A stretch of 64,000 bases of DNA from Chiloscyllium plagiosum (Eukaryota): the NCBI RefSeq assembly GCF_004010195.1, contig NC_057756.1:4855211-4919210 (forward strand), read 5' to 3'. Position numbers and translations under genes: made by a program. Shown in pieces: positions 51,201-63,289 of this stretch. The notes under the pieces are model-generated. The model searched no databases, was not told where the DNA came from, and worked only from the letters and a program-made list of their open reading frames with translations. Within the stretch, counting starts at the first letter, position 1. The number at the start of each line of letters is the position of its first letter.

Positions 51201-51369
51201 AGGACTCAATCCATTGTTCCTTTTGCTTCCTGAGTGCATCACTTTTCTGATATTTTCTTTCAGGTTTTCTCACATTTTCACAGGAGGTAGAGAGAGACTG
51301 GTTCACACATGATAAAATTTCTGTCTTATTCATAAAAGACGGCACCTTATAATAATGTGTGGACAAAAG

Positions 51370-51690
51370 TAAACTAGTTTTCTTCAGGCTTTCGGTAGTT
51401 TGTTGCAGAGTCAGTGGTGCATGTCTGCCATTAACTTCCTCCAATATCGTTCACACCCAAGCTGTTCAGCTAGCTAGGAGCCAATCAGATGATTGTTGTC
51501 AGGACTATGACTTGTGGCATCCACATTTGATCACAACTTCACAACCCAATTCTGATCGAGTATCACTTTGTACACGCCCTGTGATGCCAGCCCATCTGCA
51601 AACAGCTCCCCCCACAGTTTGAACAATGTAAACCACCAGTTGCAATGAGTTGCTTTTTACAAGTACAGCAATTCCTTCCTCAGTCCTTTG
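51370..51690 (-). pseudogene. Decayed V-alpha-like segment
   Basis: ttttacag| TEEGIAVLVKSNS..VYIVQTVGG; LNSLGVNDIGG. Confidence 0.4.
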
Positions 51691-52599
51691 CTGTAAAATA
51701 GTCATTTTCCTAGTTCAGTCCGCAATCCCAAGCAAAGTACAATAAAAAAACGCACCCTTTACATATGTTTTGACCCAATATCCATGAAGAAATCACTGTA
51801 TATATTCAAGTGGCAGATACTGTAGGTTTGCCAAACTTATACAGTTGCCAATGGGTGCTGTTACTGTGGGGCAGCAAGATGATAAGTCAAAAGAAATAGA
51901 TATTGAGTTCCCAGAGATGTAGTGTTGTGGGATAAGAAACAGCAAATTGCTGCAGATAATCTGATTGCAATACCATAGGGAAGAGTGACATTCAGCAACA
52001 GCTTTACATTGAGTTGAACAACAGAGGAGAGGTGTTAAAGAGGATGGGGTGCATGGGCAAGAGCTCAGATGATGCAGGCTTCAGTAAAGTTAAGAAGGGA
52101 GGAATGGGTTGAGAGGGAGAGATGGTCAACAGGATAAGATGGAACAAGAAGAGAAAAGAGACAGGGTGGGAGACAGAAACTTGGAGTGAGAGGGAGACAG
52201 AGAGATTGAGTGAGAGGGGCTGAGACAGAATGATTGGGTGATAGAGAGAGGCAGAGCAAGAGGAAGTGAATGGAAGAGTTGGAGAGAGAGGGTGACAAGA
52301 TGAGAGATAGTGATGATGAGCATGTTTATGCGGGGGGGGGGCAAGAAAGGAAGAGATAGGAATAGATTAACATCAAGAAGCTCAATGACAAGACTGGGAC
52401 ATGTCAGTGGATACCAGGAAGACCGTTTGCATGATGTGGAGGTACACTGAGCTTGTAAGAACACTGAAATCAGAGGGCAGCAAGCAAGTTGAGATGTAGA
52501 TTGAAATAATGAATCTCAGAAATTGCTCAATAAAATTTGTGAGACAATAATAATGGAGACTCTTAAGGGATGGGGTGGGAGATTTGCCTCTGAAAGAAT

Positions 52600-52769
52600 T
52601 TTAAAAGCAAAGATGAGAGAAGTGCATTGTGGTAGGACATTAATGAATCTTGTCTCTTGTTGCATCGAGTCACAACCAACAATGTTGTGAAGTCGTCAAT
52701 TGTATTATTCCCTGTGGAGGCAAAATTACACACAGTGTTGGTTCTACATATATTACTCTAGAGAAACAG
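52600..52769 (+). pseudogene. V 3' end (gamma-like YYxLW) with perfect heptamer and 23 spacer
   Basis: DINESCLL..TTNNVVKS.S-LYYSLWRQNY then CACAGTG (52731-52737) + 23 nt + GAGAAACAG. Confidence 0.55.
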
Positions 52770-54864
52770 CTATCTAAGTTCCTGTAAGGACAGAGTCGGT
52801 GGTTGGGAATGTGATATGCATAAAGCTGCCAAATACTCGGGAAAACAAGATGTGACATGCCCTCAGGAAATAAAATACTTTGACTGCTAGAAATCTGAAG
52901 TAATCAGTGTTCTAATTTGTTTCACAATGACACAGAATATATTCCCAGTAGAGAATGAATTCCAGGTGGTTTTGACAGACCTACATAAAGTTTCTGTGAA
53001 TGAAAACAGGATATGAGCATCACTGGCTAGGCCAACATTTATTGCCAATACTATAGTCAACCTCATTGCTGTGGGTCTGGAGTCACATAAGCCACATAAG
53101 GATGGCAGCTTTCTTTCCCTAAAGGACAATGGTGAACTAGATGGGATTCCCCCTGGTAATCAGCAATGGTTTGATGGTCATCATTTGACACTTTATTCCA
53201 TATTTTTATTCAATTCAATTCCATTATCTGCCATGGTGAGATTTGAACACAGGTCTCCAGACCCCTAGGTCTCTCTGCAGTAATTGCCAAGAAATAACAC
53301 TACTAGATAATTGACCCTGCCTCAAAGGAAGAGGTCTCCGGTCAAACCTCTCAGATGTGGTTTAATGAACACTAACTAGTTCATGGGTGACATAATGGCT
53401 CAGTGGTTAGCAGTGCTGTCTCACACCACCAGGGACGCAGACTTGGTTCCACACTCAGGCGACTGTCTGTATGGAGTTTGCACATTCTCCCCATGTCTGT
53501 GTGCACTTCCTCTGGATGCATCTGGTTTCCTCCCACAATCTAAAGATGTGCAGGTTAGGTGGATTGGCCATGCTAAGTTGACCATTGTGTCGAGATATAT
53601 TCAGGCTAGGTAGATTAGCCATGGGAAGTGCAGGATTATGGGGATCGGGTGTGCCTGGGGGAAATGCTTCTCAGAGGTTTGGTGTGGACTCATGGGGTCA
53701 AATGGCTTGCTTTCATATTGTAGGGATTCTATGATTTTACTTGTATGCAGAGAAGGAATATCAGATAGGCTCAAGTCCTGAAACTACTGAACTATTAGAA
53801 AGCAGTTGATCTGGAACGGAAGCCAAAACATTAATTTTTCCCTCTTCCCAGATCTGGAAGTTTAGGTAAATAATGCAGCACTGGTTCCATGTGAAGCCTA
53901 TCAAAGCTGAACTTAATTTGTTTAAGGTGCTCAGTGTGGTTATCTTTGGAATTTCAATAATCAGTAGTTTGACATTCTATAGTGCTTCAGTGGGCAATTA
54001 AAAGTGAACCACGTTGCTGTGGGTCTGCAGCCACAGTGATAATCAGCAACAACTTTGCATTCAGTTAGATAGCCCAAAAGTGTTAAAGAGGGATTGGAGG
54101 GGGTGGAATGGGGAAGCTCACACACTACAGGCTTCAGTGAAGTTGAGAAAGGAGGGAGGGAAAGATGAGCAACAGGGAAAAGTAGCAGAAAAAGAAAAAT
54201 GTGACAGGGCGAGAGAGAGAATTGGATCGAGAGGGAGTGACTGGGGCCCCAAGAGAAGGTAATGGTGTGAGAGACAGTGCTACCAGGAAAGAGATGGGGA
54301 GAGAACGATATGGGAAAGAGAGGGAGAGAGACGGTGCACAAAGAAGATGGAGAGAATGAGAGAGAGAGGCGAGATGGTACAGCAGGGAGAGGTGGAGTGT
54401 GAGATAGGATGAGAGGAAGAGAGAGATAGATGGGGTGAGAGGCAGATGGAATGATTAGGTGACAGGGAGAGACAGAGCAAGGGGAAGTGAATGGAGGAGT
54501 TGGAGATAGGTTTTGAAACAACTCCAGATTTTACAATGAATAAAATGCTCTCCAGCAGCCAATGATGCAAGTTGAAACCAAGTCTTTAACATATTCCATT
54601 AGGGAGTCTCTGGACAGTTAGGTTAGTGAGAGTGCCATGATGTTTCCACCTCCTCCTGACTGAAACACTAATCAGTACTTAGCACGTTGACAATGCACTC
54701 AAATGGCATGCGTTATTCTACAGTGCAGAGAACCTGAATGACTGTTCACTTCAAGTTCAAAATTCACAACAGCACATGTTGAAATTGGGTTCACTAGATC
54801 CGGTTATGTGTGAGTAAGCACTGTAAATAGCTCTGAAAGCACATTTGTTCTCAAGAAAACCTGA

Positions 54865-55100
54865 TTGTTTTGTAACAGCCTTCCAGGAAATATGCACACT
54901 GTGAAGATTAAAGTCTCCACTCTTACACAAGATATTCAACATTGAATGGTGATGCATATTTACCATCTTGATATGTTTTACCCCTGTTCTGAGAATAAAT
55001 AAAAATGTGTGCATTCTCTATCTTTATAATCTGAATATAATGGAGGTCTTGCAAACATTTCATACAATTATATAATACATGTATTGTAATTCTATGTATG
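54865..55100 (-). pseudogene. V-beta-like remnant with near-canonical 23-RSS
   Basis: QYMYY..; HHSMLNIL..SGDF; CACAGTG (54903-54897) + exactly 23 nt + ACAAAACAA (54873-54865). Confidence 0.55.
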
Positions 55101-56409
55101 GACAGAGAGCAATTACAATACAGGTGAGCGTCTTTGGCCCATCAAGTCTGTCCTGCTAAATCAACATTGAATCTGCACTAGTCCCACTTTCCAACACTAG
55201 TCTCATAGCCTTTAATGCTATGACATTTCAAGTGCTCATCCAAGTGCTTGCTAAAGATTGTGAGGTTACCTGTCTCAACTACTCACCCAGGCAGCCCATT
55301 CCAGACACAGGTCCCCACCTTCTGAGTGAAAGAAGTCCTCAAATCAACTCTAAATTTCCTTCATTTCACCTCAAAATTCCATCGTTACAGATCAAGGGGA
55401 AGTGTTGCTTTCTATTCACCGACCCACGTCCCTTATAATCCCAAGCTCTTCTGGTGCAGCGTTAATGATACTACCTCTGGTCAGGAGAACAGGGTTCAAG
55501 CCCTATCTGCTCCAGCAATTGTAATAATATTTCCAAATTGGTTAATTAGGAAATAACTACTCCCTCGTAATCTCATACACCTCTATTTTGTCTGCCTCAA
55601 CCTCGTCTGTTATAAAGATAACAACCTGATCTGATAAAGTAAGCAACAAATGCTGGACATCACGACAGGTCAGACAACATTCATGAACAGAAAGCAAGCT
55701 AACACTTCGAGTCTAGATGACTCTTCATCAGAGATCTGACAAACAGTCATCTGGACTCAAAGAATTAGCTTGATCTCTCTCCATGGATGCTGTCTGACCC
55801 GCTGTGATCTCCAGCATTTGTTGCTTTCAGTACAGATTCCAGCATCTGTAGTAATTTGTTCCAAATGAACTTACACAGCCTCTCTTTATGCTCAACTTCA
55901 GGTAACTTCCTGGTAAAATGCCTTTGGATCCCCTCCAGTACCATCACATCCTTGCTGTGGTGTGGAGACTAGAACTGCACACAGTACCCCAGCTGTGACC
56001 GAACCAAAGTTCTGTACATCTCCAACATAACCTCCTCACTCTTATAATCTATCTTGAATGATAAGGGCAAGCACCCCATATGTCTTCTTAACTACCCCAT
56101 TAGCCTACCCTTTGCCTTCAGGGATGTATGGACAATATCCTGCTGAGCTTCCTAGTGTTCTGATTTCTAATCAATCTGTTCAGACACATCTCTGGAAGAG
56201 GTGGGACTTAAAACCTTGGCTCCCAGCCTCAAAGGTTATTACTGTACTAGACGTATTCTTGTTATTACTGCAAGTATTTTTGACCAACCTGCTCAGGATG
56301 TTGTAACACATGTGGGAATTGAAACTAGATCTTCTGGCTTTGACGTAGGGTCACTACCACTGTACTGCAAGACTGTGCTCTTCAGTAACTTAAAAACTTT
56401 TCTGTCAAC

Positions 56410-56630
56410 TTACCTGTCAGTTCACAGTACACAGTCAAATCTTATGGCTGCAATTCCTGTTATAACCAAAAGGATAGCTGTTATTCATGAACAAAAGTAG
56501 CGAGTGATTTAAAGAGATCCTTTGTAAAATAGGGAATACATTGTAACTGGATTTTTGAAATGAATATACAAAATGAGGTCCTGACCAAGTAGAATGCGTT
56601 CCCATCAGGTAGATTTGTATCGCTCTCCTG
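56410..56630 (-). pseudogene. Decayed V segment
   Basis: Acceptor tttgtacag|; FR3 NNS.LLVITG-LQP*DLTVY-CEL. Confidence 0.55.
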
Positions 56631-56896
56631 TACAAATGAAATTAAAGAGAAAAGATTATGTAATAAGGTTCTGCAAAAAAATGACACAGTACCTTCAGAA
56701 ATTAGACATGTCCATGTTCAGTCAAGTGAGTTCAGCTCAAAGGCAGGTCCTTTGCTCATTCTCAACTGATGACTCATATCGAGCTGTTTTCTTTGGCAGT
56801 CTTTGTTAACCACAGTTTACCACTACCCCCCACCCCCCGCCACCACCTCCCCCCCCCAAATAAAGGCTGGTGAGGAAACCAGTTCCAAGTCTACCT

Positions 56897-57535
56897 CATA
56901 GAGTCGTACAGATGTACAGAACAGAAACAAACCCTTTGCTCCAACTCGTCCCTGCCGACCAGATATCCCAACCCAATCTAGTCCCATTTGCCAGTACTGG
57001 GCCCATATCCCTCTAAACCCTTCCTATTCATATACCCATCCAGATGCCTTTTAATTGCTGTAATTGTACCAGCCTCCGCCAGTTCCTCTGGGAGCTCATT
57101 CCATACACGTACCACCCTCTGCGTGAAAACATTGTTCCTGAGGTCTCTTTCATATCTTTCCTCTCTCACCCTAAACCTATGCCCTCCAGTTCTGAACGCC
57201 CCCCCACCCCAGGGAAAGGACTTTGTCTATTTACCCTATCCATGCCCCTCATGATTTTATAAACCTCTATAAGGTCATCCCTCAGCCTCCGACGCTCCAG
57301 GGGAAAACAGCCCCAGCCTACACAACCTCTCTCTTTAGCTCAAATCCCTCCAACCCTTGGAGGATTGTAAATCTTTTCTGAACCCTTTCATGTTTCACAT
57401 TATCCTTCTGATAGGAAGGAGACCAGAATTGAACGCAATATTCCAAACGTGGCCTAACCAACGCCCTGTATAGGTGCAACATGACCTCCCAACTCCTGTA
57501 CTCAATACTCGGACCAATAAAAGAAAGCATACCAA
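56897..57535 (-). mobile_element. CR1/HER1 LINE 3' fragment. Further CR1 pieces at 31940-32590(+), 42500-43000(-), 47985-48450(+), 55100-56150(-), 60975-61500(+)
   Basis: LYRALVRPRLEYCVQFWSPSYQKD; FTQRVVRVWNELPEE. Confidence 0.85.
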
Positions 57536-57599
57536 ACAGCAGTCAGAGCAAAAATCAAGTTTGCTATTGAATTTTACATTTTGTTTTCTTCATCTTTAC

Positions 57600-59610
57600 C
57601 TTGGAGTTGGGAACTGTGACCTGAGAGCTGACCATGACCTTTGGATTGAGAGCAGCAGCATGTTAAAACATGCACTGTCAATGTTATGGTTCTGGAGAGG
57701 CGTTATGCTCATAACAAACATTGAATGTTAACTGGGGCATAATGGGCAGGCAACCAGTCTAACAAAGAGAAGCCAGGGTTTAACTTTGACCTTTCACTTA
57801 TGTTTGAGTCAGAAGTAAAGTACCTGCAAAAACTGCAGGATGGAAGTTTGATTGCTGTCTGGTTAACCCCTGATCATCAACTTATTGAAAATATGGAGAA
57901 TAGAATCTCTGTAGGAAATGAACGAATATTCCTTGGAGTCTATTGGAAGCTATCTACGTACATCAGGAACCGAGAAAGATACCGTCCCATGTTCCTCTGA
58001 TGTTATGAATCACGGAAACAGCTTAAGATAGTGGCCAGTTCGATGTTATTTATTTTTGCATTTTGGAGACACAAACTGTGTCTGTTTGCCTGTCTGTCTT
58101 TGTATGAGAGTGGGGCTAGAATAAAGAAAGATTGGGTTTAAATCATAGATGTTAATTCGATTATTTTGTGACATAGCATTGTTCTGCTAAACCGACTGTA
58201 TTATTAACAGCTTGTCAAATCTTTAAGCTATGGTATCTGATATCAATTGTTCACAAAGTCTGGTGCTGGCTATTAACCTCATTAGGAACCACTGGGTCAA
58301 TTTTGCAGGTTATTTGATATTTTAATTTTACTGTGTTGGAAACGCAGGGATAGGCAGGCTGACTTGATTTGGTTGTCTGTCTCCGTGTCGGAATATTTGT
58401 GTTGTCGACAATTAGAACACTAAACAAAGTTAGCGGAGATCTGTCTCTGGTGTTTCATACATCTCAAATTGCAATCTGATCCAAACTTCCCATCCTCAAA
58501 ATGAATTTCAGTGGTGAAAGTCCACTTTGAACAATGAAGGAGCAAACGCTCATCCAATTTCAATCTGATGAGATTCTCATTTTGGCGATGACATTAGAAA
58601 GCCACATCAAGATGCTATCTTCCACGAGGAACGTTTATGGATTGTCGTTAGATCCAGTTGGGTCCTGAGTAAGGGAAAGGAAACTGAATCCTATAGACCT
58701 CACCCCAGTATGGCCTATCTGTTAATGCAGCTCATTTCAATTACAGAAATGACAGCGTTGGTTGCACAAGACAGTTTTTACTCAATACTCTCAACAGTGT
58801 AAGCATCCATTAAAATAAGTGGACCAACCTTCTCTGTTCTTGGAATATTTTCATATATCGCTGCTGAATTTTCATCCAATACAGTGCAGTATTCTGTGGG
58901 AATGCAAATTGTTAATTAGAATCTTGACAGTGTGGAAACAGAATCTTTGGCCCAACAAGTCCGCACCGGCCCTCTGAAGGGTAGCTCACCCAGACTCACT
59001 CCCCTACCCTATATTTACCCCTGACTAATAACCGACACCATGGGCAATTTAGCACAGCCAATTCACCTTGCCCGCACCTCTTTGGATTGTGGGAGGAAAC
59101 CCACGCAGACACAGGGAGAATGTGCAACCTCCACACAGACAGTCACCCAAGGCTGGAATTGAACGTGGGGCCCTGGCACTGTGAGGCAGCAGTGCTAACC
59201 ACTGAGCCACAGTGCCACCCTTACCATATTGAATCAGAGAATGAAGCAAATCAGAAACAAACCTTTTCACCTGCCACTTCATTATCAGCTCTACATACTA
59301 TCCCGGGATCATTTGGTTGGATTGAGGATTTGTGTTACCGAGTTCAGGGTTACCATGAAGAATTGTCCTTCTCAATCTTTTCCCCTTGCCTGATGTGTGG
59401 TGACCCTCAGGTTAAACCACTGCTAATTGTCTATCTCTAGTAAGAGGGCAGCCCCATGGCCTGGTAAGACTATGGAGGCTTTACTCCCATTTCCCCACGG
59501 CTTTGTCAATAAGTTCCCTTCAATTTTCATTGGAAATTCCTTTGCAATTTGCTTGAAGTGGCATTTTGGACTGTATATTTTGGCTGGGAAAAACTCTGCA
59601 TCTCACAGCT
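57600..59610 (+). pseudogene. Series of V-like remnants between insertions
   Basis: MHCQCYGSG (57670); KRSSNFNLM..GD (58545); ttacag| AQDS(V)TQYS..PSLF(W) (58747-58850), continuing after HE1 as NKPFHL (59255); GFVNKF..NSF..GLY.. then CACAGCT (59499-59610). Confidence 0.45.
57726..58395 (+). mobile_element. Possible solo LTR
   Basis: Starts TGTTA, has an internal AATAAA and an LTR-like end (gtgtcggaata), and appears to truncate a V-like remnant. No clear TSD. Confidence 0.3.
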
Positions 59611-61539
59611 GTTAACTTTTAAATTTTTAATCCTGCAATTAATTTGCTCTTTTCTGTGTCTGAAAACAGCCTGGCCTAATATCCTCTGTGTCACAATTGT
59701 TTTATCACCTCTGTCAAATTTCTGTTTAACCTCAATTCTTTAAGAGGAATCACCCTGATATGTCCAGTCTCTCCACTGAACTAAAGTCCTTGTTTCCTGT
59801 CAGTAATCTGGTCACACACACACACTTCAAGACACCAACATTAGCCTCAAATCAATGAATCATCCCAGTGCCAAAAGACTTCAAACAATTAATTTCCTTT
59901 GGAGGAATTATAGCTTTATTTTTTGCTCTATATGCTGGTTTCTAAACGGATTCTGTGTTTCCCTAAATAAATGATTAGATTAGATTACTTACAGTGTGGA
60001 AACAGGCCATTCAGCCCAACAAGTCCACACCGACCCTCCGAAGAGCAACCCACCCAGACCCATTCCCCTACATTTACCCCTTCACCTAACACTACGGGAC
60101 AATTTAGCATGGCCAATTCACCCTAACCTGCACATTTTTGGACTGTGGGAGGAAACCCACGCAGACACGGGGAGAATATGCAAACTCCACACAGTCAGTC
60201 GCCTGAGGTGGTAATTGAACCCAGGTCTCTGGCACTCTGAGGCAGCAGTGCTAACCACTGCACCCGTGGCTACTAGGGTGAGAAAATTACAATCAAAGGC
60301 ATTCATTTGAAACAATCTTAATTTCGGAATGGGAAGCTTTAAGATTATAAGAGTGATTTAAACTTTACATGTTCATGTTAAATGAGTAACAGAGTCAGAG
60401 TCCCATTTCACATATCATTTTACACAACAGGTAAGGAAAAAAAATGATTTGCTCTCATCTGTCCCCAGACAGAAGTGACTCTTGCATAGGCACATGGATG
60501 ATAGTAAAATGAAGGGTATGTAGGTTAGTTTGATCTTACAGTAGGATAAAAGGTTGGCACAACATCAGGGGCCAAAGGGCCTGTGCTGTGCTGTTCTATG
60601 TTCTATGAAACAGCCTGAATGCGTCATTATCTGGGTTGTCGTGATAGCTGACTGATAAGACAAATGGAGCTCATTGACTAAGTTGTCAAAGTCCTGTTCA
60701 GTCATTAGGCAGACACAACTGGTGGTGATCTGCCCACGCCTCGGCTGAGGAGAGAGGTTGTCAAGAAGAGAACAGGAATTACAACCGTTGTAGGAATTGA
60801 ACCCATGCTGTTGGTGCCACTCTTCAAACCTGCCATTCGGCCAACTGAACTAACAACCCCTTTCACAAAAACTGGGGACCAAAGAATTCAAAACATCCAT
60901 CTCCTTGTTAGTCCCCTAAGTAGCGTGCGTGCATGGAGTAGTTGGGACTGAGAACCCAGATGCTTTGACTCCTGAGTACTGGGTTCAATCCTGGTTGACC
61001 AGTTATCGGTAGGGTATTGTTAAGCTGGAGAGGGTTCAGAAGATATTATTATGTTGTCAGGTACGAAAGGTTTGAATTATAAAGAAAGGCTCGATAGGCT
61101 GGGACATTTTTCACTAGAGTATAGGAGGTTGAGAGGTGACCTAATACAAGTTTATAAAATCATGAGGATAGGTTTAAGGGCAGGTACCTTTTACCCAAGG
61201 ATGGGGGATTTCATGACTAAGGGACACAGTGTGAGGAGAGAGATTTTAAAAAGACATGAGGGGCAAATCTTTTACCCAGAGGCTGATTTGTGTGTGGAAT
61301 GAGCTTCCTGATGAAGTGGTGGATGTGGGGACAGTTACAACATTTAACAGCCATTTGGATAAGGCCATGAATGGGAAATGTTTAGAGGGATATGGGCCAG
61401 GAGCAGGCAAATGGGACTGGTTTAGTTTGGGATTACGTTTGGCATGGACTGGTTGGATGGAAGAATCCCTTTCTGTGCTGTACGACTCTTTGACTGTACT
61501 CTGCACAGTCTTGAGCTTTCATGAAGAAAAGGTCAAAGG

Positions 61540-61740
61540 AGTCAAAACCGACAAGAAACAGAGCATGCGTGATGTATAAGTCAAGAGATTTGCAATAGCA
61601 GATAGTTCGCATTAGGAATAACCTCTGTTCACCATTCACAAAATAGTACAATGTTGAATATGTGCATGAAGTAGAATTTTCAGTCATGCATGTGTTGAGA
61701 ATAGTGTCCTCAAAATGAACATCAAGCGAGCCATGCAATC
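61540..61740 (-). pseudogene. Decayed TCR V-alpha-like segment
   Basis: One frame: TENSTSCTYSTLYYF..KSLDLYITHAL....DS. Confidence 0.55.
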
Positions 61741-61743
61741 ACT

Positions 61744-62060
61744 GGGCGGCACAGTGGCACAGTGGTTAGCACTGCTGCCTCACAGCTCCAGAGACCCGGG
61801 TTCAATTCCCGCCTCAGGCGACTGACTGTGTGGAGTTTGCACGTTCTCCCAGCGTCTGCGTGGGTTTCCTCCGGGTGCTCCGGTTTCCTCCCACAGTCCA
61901 AAGATGTGCAGGTCAGGTGAATTGGCCATGCTAAATTGCCCATAGTGTTAGGTAAGGGGTAAATGTAGGGGCATGGGTGGGTTACGCTTCGGCGGGTCGG
62001 TGTGGACTTGTTGGGCCGAAGGGCCTGTTTCCACACTGTAATGTAATGTAATCTAATCTA
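61744..62060 (+). mobile_element. Full-length young HE1-type SINE. Other copies: 553-868(-), 10831-11107(-), 15870-16176(+), 20796-21017(+), 23341-23609(-), 28320-28735(-), 34364-34497(+), 36310-36615(-), 38637-38922(+), 39001-39410, 40572-40810(-), 43225-43530(-), 48805-49160(+), 53385-53735(+), 58916-59220(-), 59974-60270(-)
   Basis: Pol III A box (tggcacagtgg) and B box (ggttcaattcc), conserved V-SINE-type core, CR1-derived tail ending (aatct)n. Confidence 0.92.
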
Positions 62061-62939
62061 AAGCATAGAACGAGGATTGATGCATTCGCTTGTCTTCATT
62101 TAGTTATGACGTTGGTCTGGGGTGGACAAATCACACGACGCTGGGTTCTAATTTTTAAAAATTTGTTTAGTTGAAAACACAAGCTTTTGGAGTCCTGCTA
62201 CAACCCCCTGTCGTGTGATTTTTAAACTCATTTAGTTACAAACAAAAGAAATTAAATGAAAAGCAAAATGATGCACTAAATTAACTCGAAGTCAACAAGC
62301 AGAGTTAAAGCCTGCACTGCCACAGCAGTGTGGAAATACTGAAACATTTCACCTACCATTTGCTGTTTGACTAAAGTTCCTTTCGTGTTGTCCCTGTGTT
62401 TGAGCTTCATTCCTAAACAATTGTGGTGTGACAGAACAAAATATCAACTGCTGAGGGGGAGTGTCATGTCAAGAAGTAGATCAAAACATAAAATTATGTT
62501 CATTAATGATTTCTTATTAAGGAACATATTTTGCGAATTGGAAGCAACAAATTCACTGAATACTGGCTGACACCCACGTTATGCATAAATACTGTAAGAA
62601 CATAAGAACCAGGACAAGGAATTGGCCGTTCCATCCCTTGGGTCTGAGAGCACACGTTTAATACAATCATTGCAGATTGCAGCATGGACTCAACTCCACT
62701 TTACTGCCCTGTCGTTATAACCTTTCAACTGTTTAAAAATCTGACACCTGCTCCTCAAATTAATTCAGCACCCACCACAATCGGGGGGTAGCAAATTCCA
62801 TAGATTCATAGCCCTTTGAGAGAACTAATCCCTCCTTATCGCTGTCTTAAGTCTGTCCATTTGCAGTTTAAAACTACAGCCTCTCATTGTGGAATACCCC
62901 AAAACAGGGAATATCTGCTCCACGTCTTCTTGAGCATAT

Positions 62940-63120
62940 GAAACATAAATGAAAGGTTATATATTTAGTTGTTTCTGCAAGTAGCGAAATAAGGAAACTT
63001 GAAGCTACTGGAAAAGAGAACGATTCTGGCCAAATGTTTAGATTCTCTCTCTCTCTTACAGTTTGAATCGATAGGAGATGCAAAGTCAAATCACAGTATC
63101 AAAATGTGAAGAGAGACGTT
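62940..63120 (+). pseudogene. V-like remnant
   Basis: GYIFSCFCK..; FRFSLSL; SI.NVKRD. Confidence 0.35.
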
Positions 63121-63289
63121 CAAGTTCCTGTGATGTAGTGGTAGTGATCTTAGTTCTGATTTAGCTATGTTTTGGGTCCAACCCCAACTACTCCAGAGCT
63201 GTGTAATAATGCTTCGAAAAATTTATACAATTTTCTATTAACCCCCTCTCCAGGGCACAAAACAAGCGGCCTGAGTTTTACTCCAGAGT

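Noticed and set aside
22137..58910. Scattered octamer (7696, 22203, 22910, 58902), STAT (22137, 27970, 58837), ISRE-like (58675) and NRF1-like (50615) motifs
   Set aside because: Short motifs near chance frequency, with no consistent position relative to leaders.
61744..61815. tRNA-like sequences
   Set aside because: Heads of HE1 SINEs, not tRNA genes.
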